This document shows, in pieces, positions 1 to 12,415 of a stretch of 64,000 nucleotides of DNA. This DNA is from Camelus dromedarius (taxonomy: Eukaryota), in NCBI RefSeq assembly GCF_036321535.1, contig NC_087438.1, positions 6,016,001 through 6,080,000 of the forward strand. Reading direction: 5' to 3'. Positions within the stretch are counted from its first letter, which is position 1; each line of letters begins with the position of its first letter. Below the pieces are notes generated by a model that worked only from the letters and a program-made list of their open reading frames with translations, was not told where the DNA came from and searched no databases. Position numbers and translations under genes: made by a program.

Positions 1-780
1 GTATCTAAAATATTGTAGCAACTCCTAAAATCAATGTGGATAAAGAAATATCCAGTAGATAAATTATCAATGAATCTGAAAAGGCAGGACATAGTTTAAA
101 AAATCTGAATGCCCAATAAGTTTGAGCATTTATTTCTCCCTGTGTTTATTAATAATGAAAGGATAGTATATTTAAAATTAAAATACTACTTTATGTTTCC
201 CTTTTGCTAAAGTTTAAAAAGTTAGATACAAAACTCATTGTCAAGGCAATATGGACATAAAGTTTTAGTGAGAGTCTGAATTAAGGCAGCAATTCTGAGG
301 GAAAATTCAAGCATTTAATAAACCATGGTATATATTTAACTTGAAAAAAAGCTCTTCCACCACCAAGGTATATAGTCAAAAGGAGCTCTGAGTGAATAAC
401 TTATTGTGCATGGTGAACTGAAAGGAGATGCTAAAAATACCCGACCTACAGCAGGCATTAACCATGGTTGACCCAGTCAAACCTGGATATCTGGTCACCC
501 TCCCTTAGGAACTCTCATGCAAGTTCAAAGACATCTAAGAGATGCTAATTTTATCATTATAATATTGGAAAGTGGAAGAGTCTGGATCTACCAATAAAAT
601 GGACCAAAAATACTGGTGTGTAAGTATCTTGAAATACTATAGAATAGTCCAAAGTAGTACCCGTCTACATATCAATGTTGATTTACCTCAAAAGCAAATT
701 TGGATTTAAAAAGTGTATTATATATGGGATTATATATTTATATAATATATGTACATCGAAACCACTATTTGCTTGCTATT
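1..780 (+). mobile_element. Ancient L1 (L1ME-like) ORF2 3' end / 3' UTR fragment
   Basis: Degenerate L1 3' motifs (caactcctaaaatcaat, aaagtttaaaaagttaga, ttgaaatactatag, atcaatgttgatttacctcaaaa). Appears to resume after the MLT1 at about 1200-1400. Confidence 0.55.
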
Positions 781-795
781 TGTTTGTACATACAT

Positions 796-1180
796 AGTAT
801 TTTAGTCTGTTTGGGTTGCCATAACAGAATGCCATAGACTGGGTGACTTAAAAAACAGAAATCGTCTCCCAGTTCTGGTGGCTGGAAGTCCCAGGTTAGG
901 TTCCAGCATAGTCAGATCCTGGCGAGGGTTCCCTTCCTGGCTCGCAGATGGCCTCTGCCTTGCTACAAGCTCACATGGCCTTTCTTCAGTGTGAATGTGG
1001 ATGGAGTGAGAGGGAGAGAGCTCCCTTCCTCTTTTTATAAGGCCGCCAGTCCTATTGGATTAAAACCGTACCATTAAGACCTCATTTAACCATAATTACC
1101 TTCTAAGAGCTAGTGGTTATGTTGGGAGTTAGGGCTTCAACATATGAATTAGATGAAGAAACAAAATTTAGTCCATAGTA
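796..1180 (-). mobile_element. MaLR solo LTR (MLT1A/B-like)
   Basis: ttagtctgtttgggttgccataacagaatgccatagactgggtgacttaa...cagttctggtggctggaagtcc...gttagggcttcaacatatgaatt...tagtccatagta matches the reverse complement of MLT1A/B. Confidence 0.9.
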
Positions 1181-1899
1181 AATCAATAGATTTTTACTCA
1201 TTTATTACACATATCTTTTATGAAGAGTTTTTATGTAGACATGTGTTTATGTGAACACTAGTTTTTTTTTTTTGACAGATAAGTATATAGTACATGGGAA
1301 GTACATTAGGATCCAATATATTCAAGTTGCTGTTCATGTGGAAAGGATAATAAAATTAAGATGCTGATGAAAGGGACAAAAAATAAGGCTGCCCATGGAC
1401 TGATGGATGACAGTGTATCCCAGACTGGGAAATATAATTGATGGCATAAATTCAGTTCTATACCAATGAGAAGAAGCAGATTACAATATACGAATCTAAA
1501 AATCTAACAGTGTGGAATGACTCAAGTGCCTGAATATGTGGAGGGGAGTATACATGCAAGTAAGTATAAAATGAAGCTGCTATAAGTCATGCAGCAAGGT
1601 TGAATTTATGAGAAGTCAAAATTGTACTCTAAATAAAAACGTCACATTTTAGATGTTAAGTGGTAGCAGTAATACACTTGAAGGCAAGTACACATGTAAG
1701 ATTTCACCTCATTTAGATGAGGGAAAATCCAGCAATATTTGTGACATTTGTAGCAATTAGTAACTTCAAGTTAAAAAATGAGTAAAATGAAGAAATCTAA
1801 TTTACATGTGGTGTATTTGATGTGATTAATTTATGACAACATTTTCATTTATTACCAAAGGCAGATGCTTTCTTCAATCCAGGACAGTTCTTGTCGGCA

Positions 1900-3430
1900 T
1901 CTCGAATGACCTCCATGTTGTCACGCCCAATGGTTACCTCCCTGTTCTCGTCTTACTCAGTTTTCACACAGCAGATCTTTCTTGAAATAACACCTTCCCC
2001 CTCACCCCTGCCCCACTTCCTTAGCTATTTCTTTCCAGTCTCACCTGCTGGCTTTTTTCCCTTTTTGAAACCTGCCTAGGGCTGCTGTTCTCTTTTCTCT
2101 CTGTCCTTCATCTGTAGGCTTGCTCTGTGTGTAGTTCAAACCCATCATATGCTGGTGACTCACAAACCTGAATCTGCAGTCCCACCTTTCTCTGGAGCCC
2201 TAGTCTTTTCCAAACAACTGCATACTTGCTGTCTCTCCTGGGATGTCAGATAAGTATATCACCTGTAACACATCCCATATCTACCTGTTGACTAGTCTCC
2301 CAACCTCGTTCTATGCTTTCCCCATCGTAAGAAGTAAGCACTAGAATTCACTGAGTTACTGAAATCCCAAACTTAATTTATCTTTCCTAACCCACCCACT
2401 TCCAATCTCTCAGCATGTCCTGTCAATTAGGTCCTGAATGATCCACCTGTCTGCATCCTCACTGCTCTCTCTTTCTAGTCCTTTTTCTCTAACCCAGACC
2501 CCTGACTGGGAACAGTCCCTGCTTACAGCTTTGCCTCTCCTGCAGTCTCTCTTCCACGTAGCAGCCAAAACGATCCTTCCAAAATGTTAATCTGATTATA
2601 TAATTCTCCAGTTTAAAAGCCTCCCAGGGCTTCTGATCATACTTAGGATGAACCCCAAACTCCTTACCCTGGTGATTATGGATCTGCGTCAGTTGACCAC
2701 TGTCTGAAGTCCTGACCTTCCCTTACTTAGCTCTCTGCTGATGTCACGTTCCAAGCACGCAGGCGTTCTTCGTAAATTTTAGTGCATTTTGTGGGTGGCA
2801 TTTACTGCTCTTTCCTTGAAGTCAGACCCTGACATGCCATTCAGTTCTCAGGCCAAATGCTTCCTTTGAAGAGGCGTCTTCCCAAACAGTCCAATGTAAG
2901 CAGGACCTTCAAAGCTCCCTTCCCACATCTAGTTTCTATCACATTGCTGGAATGTATTTTTTTTCATATTATATTTTCCTTTTTTCTTGCAATTATGATT
3001 TATCTTGTTTAGTTTTTGAAGTTATTTAAGGTCTCCTTTATCCACTAGAATGAAATTTCATGGAGACAAAGACTGCCTCTTTTGTTCATTAGTACACATT
3101 AACACATTCCTGTGGTCTAGAATGGACCCTGGCAGGTGGGGAAGCGGAAAAGCTGATACAGTTGAAGGCTTGTTGTGAACAGACACTGCTTGAAAAGTGT
3201 TACCTTAAATTACTTACTGCTCCAAACAACGCCGTGCAGCAGATGTGATTAGCGTTCTGTGTTACAGAGGAGCTTAGCAGATGGCGTCAGCCGGCTTGCT
3301 TAGGATGTACTGCAAACAACAAGCAGAGCTGGGATTTGAACCTTGTATGTCCGTGTCCAGAGCCCACACTCTACTTGGTTCGTGGTTTCTGTACTTAAGT
3401 GTAGTAAACTAAGTTGAATGAAAGAACGAG
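1900..3430 (+). mobile_element. L2 LINE 3' portion, interrupted by a MIR
   Basis: L2 motifs atgctggtgactcacaaacctgaatctgcagtccc, ttccaaaatgttaatctgattat and ccactagaatgaaatttcatggagacaaagactg. The tail gttgaatgaaagaa follows the MIR. Confidence 0.85.
3185..3372 (-). mobile_element. MIR SINE
   Basis: caaacaacgccgtgcagcagatgtgattag...gttacagaggag...gcagagctgggatttgaacc...tccagagcccacactct is the reverse MIR core plus B-box. Confidence 0.85.
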
Positions 3431-5399
3431 TAGAAGACTTTTATTCTTGTTGTCATGTATTATGTCAGTTCTTATTTTAAGGCTCTGCTCAGATTACCGA
3501 GTATCCTTAATGTTAAATGTTGGAAATGCTCCCGGCCACTGGAGTTGGGAACAGTAAATATTACGTAGATAAAACAGCTGAAACCACAAAATTCACTGAT
3601 GAAGTACTGTGTACACTTATCTTCTAATGAATAAACTGGAAACATTGAGAGCAAGGTTTATATCCACCAGCCCTGAACTTAATCAGCCAAGATCTGAGAG
3701 CCCTGAGAGCCTTCAGTGCCTCCTAAACTAGCCAGTGTTTTGGGAACATTGCCCTGGGCACAGATTTTTGTTTCTTATGTGTAATCATTCTGTCTCTTGT
3801 GGCATGTGGGTGACTGTGCCGGGGCTGGTGGCGAGCCACGGTGCAGCTTAATCTCATTCCCTTCGGGAAATCAGCCCAGTGCCCCAAGTGTGTGATGAGT
3901 TTCTTCTCACCACTGTCCCAAGGAGCCCACCTGCCATCGCTACTAACAGTCACTGGTGAACAATCCAGTAGGTGGCCGTGAGTGTGAACCTGTGCCTCAC
4001 CGTTCACGACCTCTGCCTTGCACACCAAAAGGTGCACCGCATGGATCCCCCGTGTGGGTTCCACTTCACTTTGTGCCTTTGCCTTCATAAGTGCATAATC
4101 TCAAGGAAGTCAGGCAAAATGGCTTTCCTGCTAACTACTGAACTTTGGCAAAACTCCTGCAAGGCTGCTTGTTGTGGCTAAAGTTTCTGTTCTTTTTAGC
4201 TGCCGGTTAATAACATAGATCGTCATGGCGACACATTGCAGGTTTGCAGAACCTGGATGAGACTGAGGCATAAGACTTCACCTTTAGCTCCTGAAATAGC
4301 AATCTCCATCTTAAAGAATACTGAAGTGTGAAAGCTGTTGAAGAAAGCTTTCACATGATCGTATGAAAAAGGGATTCTAATAGGCAAAAATCTACCTCTA
4401 CAGGCTCGTTTGCTTTTACTGAGCACAGCCTTATCTCAGAATGTATTATTAATCCTTAAGACAGGGTTTATGCTTCCTTCTCTGTGTTGAGCTACTTATG
4501 AAGGATGTCCCTGAGTTGAGATAAGGTTAATGAGAAAAAAATATCACCTACAGCAGCTGAACCAGGAAAGGGACATAACCTCATGTCAATTTTTTAAGCC
4601 TGGCAAAGGAAAGAAAAAAGACACTCTGGCGGGGAGCAGATAATGCGACATGGCTTTTTCCCTAACCTCAGCCCTGTCTGTCTCAGAGCTGCACTGTGGG
4701 TTGATTAAATCCCAGCAGTGCTCAACAACATGTCAGACTTGGAAGTAATCAAAATGAAGGTTCATGATTAGCCTCATCCTCTTCTGACTGGGTGCGGGAG
4801 GGGATGAGTCAAGGGAAGGAAAGCAGACAAGAAGACGGTTCTCGTCTGTCTGATCTGAGACTCCATAGCTCCTTGGTGAATTGAGAAATGATCTAAAATA
4901 TTTGGGTATCACCCACTGGGAACTCATATACTCTCACGCATTCACTCACAAGCACAACACAATATGTGGTAATGACCCTGATCGAGACTATTTAACAAAC
5001 TGAAAGCAGAAGACCTCAGCCAAGGGATCTCAGTAGAGAGGAGACCAGCACAGTGGGGCTCCCTCACCTCCACACCCTAGGCACCCCCGCAGGCTGCATA
5101 CAGGTGCACTGCAGTTCTGGAGAGGAAATAGACTGCCACCCAATAGGACAGGAAGAAAGTCATGAAATTAGCATACAGCCTCAGGAGGACCAACAGGATG
5201 CCTGCCCAGACTTGATCATCATGAACAAGACAGGATGCTGAAAATGCAAGCGTAGGACAAGGAAAAATGGGCATCACAGGGTGTCACAGGGAATCGGAGG
5301 CAACAGAACTGATTAGAAGAAAACTTAACTCAGAAAACTTAATTAGAAGAAAACTTAAGTTTTCCCATCATGGAGGGAAGTGCTCATGATGGCTTCCTG

Positions 5400-6130
5400 A
5401 TGAAATTCAATAAAAACATTTAAAGCAAAAGGAGCTTAAATATAAAATATTAGGAAAGTGAAATGCCAAGGAAGATTTCCAGTGAGGGAAATAAAGTTAG
5501 AATTAAAACACCATGATTATAGGTCAAAATGACGAATTAGATCAAGGAACAGAAGAGGCCAATAAATGTAAAATCACTAATATAGAGGGAAGATTTGAGA
5601 TAATGATAGACTATATATGAAAACAAATGAGGAAAATGGGAATAAATATGAAAGACATATGGTAATTGTTATTCCTAAATTATCGATTTCAGCAAATAGA
5701 TCACTTAAAGATACGTTAAAATTTTCTCCAGAAAGTAAAAAATACTGAATCAACAAGTCAATTGACAGCATCATACTCTAGTATTTTGATCCAAAATGTG
5801 AAATAGTACATATTTGAGTTAAGTAATTAAGCTTCAAAGAAAAAATTATTGAGGCACCCAGGGAGAAAATTAGGCAGGTCATATTATCAAGATTTAAATA
5901 TTGGTCTAGTCAACGGCTATAAAGTTATGGGTATGTGTGATTTAAGGGCAGTCTACATGGCCAAGCCTGAAATAGCTCAGGAAACATTACTCCAGAAGCC
6001 CTTGGGAAAATAAAACTTGACCTGACAATGAAATCCTCCTTATTAGAGATAAATCAAAATAATTGTCTTAGAGATTGAGAAACCGTGAAAGGTTGAGTCA
6101 TAAGTTCATTTAGATATGGCATTAAAACAA
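5400..6130 (+). mobile_element. Ancient L1/HAL1 ORF1-region fragment
   Basis: A-rich degenerate ORF1-like sequence (aaaattttctccagaaagtaaaaaa; aagcttcaaagaaaaaattattgaggcacccagggagaaaa). No intact frame. Confidence 0.5.
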
Positions 6131-7537
6131 TAAAAATAATAAAGTTGCCTGTTTCAAAATGTTTTGGGAAGTGCTCATTAGAAACAGATATGCTACGTTG
6201 AGTAACTTTATTAGGCAAAAATCTCATGCAACCTGATTTTCTAGTCTTCTCTTATTTCCAGGTCCCTCCAGTGATCCTGTCTCCGTGCTCTGAGCCAAGG
6301 TTGGGACCCCTTCTTGGCCTTAGCTCCAGCCACTTCACACACCAAACCAGCCACCTGAGAATGTACCCCCACTGTTCTTGATGAACTAAGGCAAACATTA
6401 AAGACTAAATATTCTCCTTCCAAAACCTTTTCCTTTTCTTCCAGTCCCAATCCTCTCCCCTGTTGTGACTTTCTAGAGCATTTAGAGCAGTAAAACCTCA
6501 TTCCAGAGCATGTGCTGTGTTTTACTTTCTCCTGGTTCCAGTGGACCATCTAGGTCTTGTCTTGAGTGTCTAGACCGTATCTCAGAGAGGTCAGGACCCA
6601 TGCCTCTTGGGTACCTGCGGCCCTGAACACAGAGCTAACTAAGATCCTTTTGTGTGCTGGCCGGCTTTCACCAAACAATGTCACAGCCAGAAGGATTCTG
6701 AGCTAAAAGCTTCTCAGCCTGGCAATCTAACAAGCTTTCATCAAAATTCATGAGACAAAGTAATGTGAGAACCCAAATACAGCATCCAATTATATACCCT
6801 TGTTTTAGATGTGATTGGCTCCAGCCTTTGTTCACAAATCTGCATCTCAAAATAATTACCCAAGAGTTTTGAATAAAGAAAACATTCTCATTTGAGAAAT
6901 GTTTTACTACATTTTAAGGCAAGAACATTATGTCCTCTTTTAAAATCTGATATTCTGCAAGGACGCAATTTTACATTTTTTTGTTTATAAATTCTGAACA
7001 TGGTTTATGAAAGAAGTAAGAGAAAGAACGTGTCAGAAAATATGAGCAACCGCCCCCTCACCCTGGACAGGAAAAACAAAAGAACAAAACAGCCCTTGGG
7101 TAATATTCCACACATGTCACCATAGTGTCAGGTGTCTCCAGTCTACAGAAAAAATAGGTTAAAGTTCACAACATTTGTAAATGATGAGTCTCACTTATTA
7201 ATCTAGATTTTCCTCTCTTAGGGAAATTTAATCTCACAGATTTCAGTGGAAAACAACATTTTGAAATAAAAAAGGACACTACTTTACCTTCCTCAGCAAA
7301 GCTGTCACACGATTCTCTGTGTGAGCAAAATCATTTATATTAGCGCAGGCTGTAAATGTTAACTTTTAAAAAAATAAGCTACATTTAATTGTTTAAAGTT
7401 ATTCTAGAGCTTATTCTTAAGAAAAGACACTCTAAGCCACCCGGAAAATATCTTTAAAATTTTAACACCCTAAAATCTTTAGTTTTTGTATCTTCATTTT
7501 TCACTCATATTTGAGATTCTAAGGAAGTAATAGAACG

Positions 7538-8970
7538 TAATCAATCAACAGAAGCAACTTACTAAGTATCTACCATGTGCCGAGCATTGAGTTGGATGTT
7601 TGGGGATATGCTAGTGGCCGAGTCATCCCACAGCGAAACCTGTGTCACCATAAAGCTCAGTCATGTGATAACGGGGGAAGCACAGGGAATTGGGGACTGT
7701 GAGCAGGGCCAGCCCAGCCTGGGCTAAAGCTCAGAGGAGGCAGCCCTAATAAAGGTGCATTTAAACTGAGACCTGAACCAGGATGCAAGTAGGGGAAGAC
7801 TGTTCCAGGTGGAGGACAAGGCAAAGAAGAGAGAGAATATGGCGCCTTTGGGACAAATGAAGGAGGGCAGCAGGCTGGAACCCTGGAGAGGAATAGTGGT
7901 GACAATGAGGGAGGAGAGGCCAGACGGGAAGGACTGAGAGAGCCTGGTAGTTTGTACGTATTCTGCAGAGTGATGGGAAGCCATTACAGAGTTTAAGCAC
8001 CATAATTATGTTTATGAACATCCCTCTGGCTGTAGAGACTAGAGAGGCAGAACTGAAGGATAAGTCAGAGAGGGGGATCTATAGCCCAGAAAAGGATGGT
8101 TATAGGTCCTACTAGAATTGGATGGGAGAAATGGAAGGATGCGAGAGATATTCCAGAAGCAGAGCTAAACCTATTTAGTGGTTGTTTGAAATTGGTGATG
8201 AGGAAGAAGGGGATTATCGGCACACCCCGTATGGTTGTGCAGGTGGTGCAATGAGCAACCCAGGGGTGCCACTGTCGTCACATCTACATTGCAGCTTCCT
8301 GAAGAAGTTGTACAATGTGATGAGATCTGAGAGCCCGGTGATGAAAGAGTATGTCTTGGTCTCTATCCCTGCCAAGTGAAAACGGTGGTGCCACTTATTA
8401 TAAAGTAGGAGGAAAATCAGCTTCACAATGGTAGGAGGGTAGTGGTGGCAGTGACCGGGGAAACGACAGTATGACTGTTAAACAGTTTGCACGAAGGTGG
8501 ACATTAGTCAAGCGCATGTGTGTCTGCTGCTCAGATACCAGCATGACAATCTATGTTTTGAGAAATCTCAGCATTCAGATGATAACGAAAGGAAGAGAGC
8601 TTCCTGAGATTAGACAAGGAGTGTGTAGGGACTGAAGAAACTTTGGAATTTTTGAAACTTGGAATTTCAACCCTCATTGGTAAGGGAGAAGCAAAGGCTG
8701 AAGAGGCAGGGGACGTAACAGAGAGACCAGGGAAGGCTGCTGACTCAGGGCCTGTGGAAAGGAGGGAGGAAGGGGCAAAGTAGCTGAGTTTGAAAGAGAA
8801 AAAGTGTCCACGGGGTATAATGACACAAGGGTGGTCTTGATTAGAATGGTTCCTTTAGAGAGAAGGGCAGAATGCCAACTGTTATGGCTTGAGGATGGAA
8901 TAGAAAATGCAGAGATAGAGACAGGTGGTGTAGACAACTCTCTTATACAGTTTAGCTGAGGAAATTAGGG
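7538..8970 (-). mobile_element. L2 LINE, fragmented
   Basis: Begins with the reverse L2 tail (aatcaatcaac...ttactaagtatctaccatgtgcc). Also tttaaactgagacctgaa, gatgggaagccattacagagtttaagc and gtgtagacaactctctt. Confidence 0.8.
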
Positions 8971-9868
8971 TGAGTAGGGCAGTAGCAGAGGGAAAGTTAG
9001 AATAAAGGGAAGTTTTAAAAATGCAAAACAGGGGTAATTTATTTTAGTAGGTTAAGCAAGCGAAGTTGAAATGATTGGCTTCCTACTGAAGCAGATGCAT
9101 ATAGCTCTTTATAATAAGAGAGTCTGTTGGCCCGCACACTTCTCACTTCTGCTTCACTTCAGTTAGCTCAAGTCAAAAGGATATAAACTGACACAGAAAG
9201 ACATTCAGTAAAGAAAATTTTTAGAAAACATCTTGAAAAATCACAAGTTCCCTAATGCAATTACTATTTTATCACTTTTTGGAGAAATTCTCTTTCCCTT
9301 TTCAATTTACCTGTTCGGTGGCTTATGAAATTTTAATGTTGGTGGTACAGGAAACTCAAATAGTGATACATATACAGCAGGAAAAGAATATCAGTCTTGT
9401 ACCAAGTTAGTGGTAGAAATCTTTAAGCTGAATTTCGAAGCAGTAGCTGGATTCTTGAAAGAAGGGTCCTCTGCTATACAGCCTGGCTGCCAGAAGTCCA
9501 CATTGGAAATAAAAGTATATAGAAAATCCAGGTTTCTGGCTTGTTTTAAAATAAATTGTATAGAAAATTTAAGATTGATAAATAAACCACATTTTTCAGG
9601 ATCTTTGTTGTAACAAACTTTCAGGACATTCTTTACAAATGAATTAACCTTTCTGTTGTCTTAAATAGTTGATTATATCAAGATCAGGAGATGTAATGCA
9701 GTCTTACTGAGATTTATGTATTTGTCATATTGATGCATGAACTGAAGTATATATTTATTAGATAGTCATTATTTTCAAGTTATTCATTATTTCCAAGATA
9801 TTTTATTAAATTATAAATTTGCTTAAATTTATCATATTATTACTGATTAAATATTTTTCTTTAATTAC

Positions 9869-10227
9869 TGCTGTGGACTAGTGTCCCCTCAAATTCATAT
9901 ATTAAAACTCTAAGCCCCAATGTGATTATAATAGGAGGTGGGAGCCTTTGGGAAGTAATTAAATTCAGATGAGGTCATGAAGAGGGACCCCATGATGAGA
10001 TCAGTGTTCTTATAAGAAGAGACACCAGAGAACACGCTTCCTTTCTGTCTCCTCAACATGTGAGAACACAGCTAGAAGGCAGCCATCTGGAACAGAGCTC
10101 CCACCAGAAACCAGCCAGGCTGGCATCCTGATGTATCAGGCTTCTGCCCCCAAACTGTGAGAGAATATTTGCTGTTTAAACCACCAGTCTATAGTATTTT
10201 GTTATGACAACCTGGGTAGATTAATAA
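9869..10227 (+). mobile_element. MaLR solo LTR (MLT1A/MLT1A0)
   Basis: tgctgtggactagtgtcccctcaaattcatat...ccaccagtctatagtattttgttatgacaacc. Intact 5-bp TSD ATTAC at 9864-9868 and 10228-10232. Confidence 0.93.
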
Positions 10228-10299
10228 ATTACTGATTATGTAGATAATTTGAATCCTAAATTAAACTACAGAGACGCGTTACAGCTAATAGCTTTAGAT

Positions 10300-10534
10300 C
10301 ACGATTTCTCAGTGTTGGCACTATTGGCATTTTGGGTCAGATAACCCGTTGTCTTGGGGCTGTCCTGTGCATTGCAGGATGTTTCACCATTCCTGGCTTC
10401 TGCTCAGGAAATGACAGTAGCATCCCCTTACCCCCAGTTGAGACGACCAAAAGTGTCTCCAGACATTGTTAAAGATTGGCTGGGAGGCAACACCCTCCCA
10501 TCTCCTGCACTCCTGCCCCTGTTGAAAATCACTG
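10300..10534 (+). mobile_element. MER20 (hAT-Charlie MITE)
   Basis: tttctcagtgttggcactattggcattttgggtcagataa...ggggctgtcctgtgcattgcaggatgttt...aaaagtgtctccagacattg...gttgaaaatcactg. Confidence 0.92.
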
Positions 10535-11010
10535 TTTTACGTAACGTTTAAAGCAAGAAATTTACTTAGTTTAGTCCTAAATAATATTCTTTTTACACTT
10601 CTATTCTCATGCCCATGAACTCTGATTAGAACTAAGAATAAACATATTATTTTAGTTCAAAACACTGATATAAAATATAAAAATCATGAAATTGAAACAC
10701 TTAAAAGAACGATAGCACATCATTATCTATTAATGAATTTCATTATTGAGAACAGTTTAAAAATAAACTTAGAAATATAGATAGAATTGTATTTAAGTGT
10801 TTTCCCAAATGAGGACAGCATCCTACTAAGCTTTCAGTTATGAAATTGCCCAAACTGGAGAGTCAGCTTCCTTGTCATCATGGTCATTTTTGCTGCTTGG
10901 ATTTTACAGTTGTAACCATTCCCATTCTCTCTGCATTGGTGTTTATAATGAGCATATCAGCCTAAAAAAAAAAAGAAACTCTTTAGAAAACTTCCAGTTA
11001 TATCATGTAC

Positions 11011-11180
11011 CATGGGGATTCTTAACCTTGAGTCCATGGACCACTAAAGGGTGTTTATGAACTGACACCAAGGTGAATAAGCCCAAGCTGAAATCCCACA
11101 CACAGTCTTGAGTGTGTCAGCATCTTCATTGACCATTGATTTTGATTGATTTTGACCTGATTCTCAAAGGAGTCCAACAT
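11011..11180. mobile_element. hAT-Charlie MITE remnant
   Basis: ggggattcttaaccttgagtccatggacc...gattctcaaaggagtcc resembles Charlie-family MITE ends. Subfamily uncertain. Confidence 0.5.
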
Positions 11181-11929
11181 AGAAATTAAAACCAAAACAA
11201 CAAAACAAAATACAGATAGCAAATGAGCTAAATAGTAATATGACCTTAGCCACTAAATTTGCCCTAACGTATCCTTCTATTCACTTAAGCTTTTCTGCTG
11301 GCTTTAAGTAGAACTTGTTCCTAATTGCTATAACACATAACCGAAAATATCGTATCATTCTTGAGGACATGAGATCTTGACATATTTATTCCTTCATCTT
11401 ATCAATCAACATTGATTGAGTGACCAGCACTCAACTGAGACCATGGCAATCAGAGAGAAAGCTGGTTTTCCTAGTCCAGGAATGACAAGCAGATAGTAAA
11501 TAGATGTACCCACGACAAACATCATTAATCACAGTCCTCCACCCAGACCAGGAGGGCCCTCTGTCAGGGAGGATGAAACTTACACGCCTTGTCAGTAATG
11601 GCAGTTCTCTCATTTCTGATTCCCCTGCTCTCCCTCCAAGCTATTCTCCACAGACTATCAGTGATCCTAACATGCAATGGTACGACAACATTCTCCTGCT
11701 TAAACTGTTTCCATCCATCTAAGGATAAAGACCCAGATCTTTAACCTGGGGTTGCATGATTCTAAATCACTTTCTCTCTGTCTCCTTCCTTTCTAAGCAA
11801 GGACTGAATTCCCCAAGACTGTATATAATTTTATTAAACCAAGACTTGGTTCCTTCTAGCTGTAATTTTATAAGGACTTGAAAATAGACATCAACTTTTT
11901 GGGTAGATGGAAATGTTGAACCACATTAG

Positions 11930-12415
11930 TAATCCTGATATACCCAGTAACATGGATAAATCTCAAGGAAATTATGCTGGGGGAGGGGTGAGAAGCCTTA
12001 GCAGTGGTTTACATGCTGTGTGACCCCACTGATGCATTATTTTTAAACTGACAAAATAGGATGCTAAATTATAATACAGGGAGTTTCTCTGAGATTATTT
12101 ACTTGGTCTCTCTCTTGATTTTAGTGATGACCCTCAAATATATGCATATGCTAAAACCTCACAAAGCTATATATCTCTCTCTCCCAAAGTGAGGGACATA
12201 AAAAAAAAAAAAAGAAAGAAAACAAGTAAAATATCAGTAAGATCCACACTGGTTTTGATAGTATTGAGCTGATGTCAATTTTATGGTTCTGACAATGCAT
12301 GGTTATGTAAGAGATCATTGTAGGACGCTGGATGAATGGTACACAGGAGTTCTCTGTGCTATTTTTGCCAACTGACATGAGTTTTAAACTATTTCAGAAT
12401 AAAGTTATGTTAAAA
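11930..12415 (+). mobile_element. Old L1 3' UTR (L1MC/L1MD-like)
   Basis: aacatggataaatctcaaggaaattatgctg...ctggatgaatggtacacaggagttctctgtgctatttttgc...actatttcagaataaag. Confidence 0.85.

Noticed and set aside
3723..4181. Overlapping opposite-strand ORFs (121 and 69 aa) in a GC-richer patch
   Set aside because: No recognisable domain; expected by chance at this GC content.
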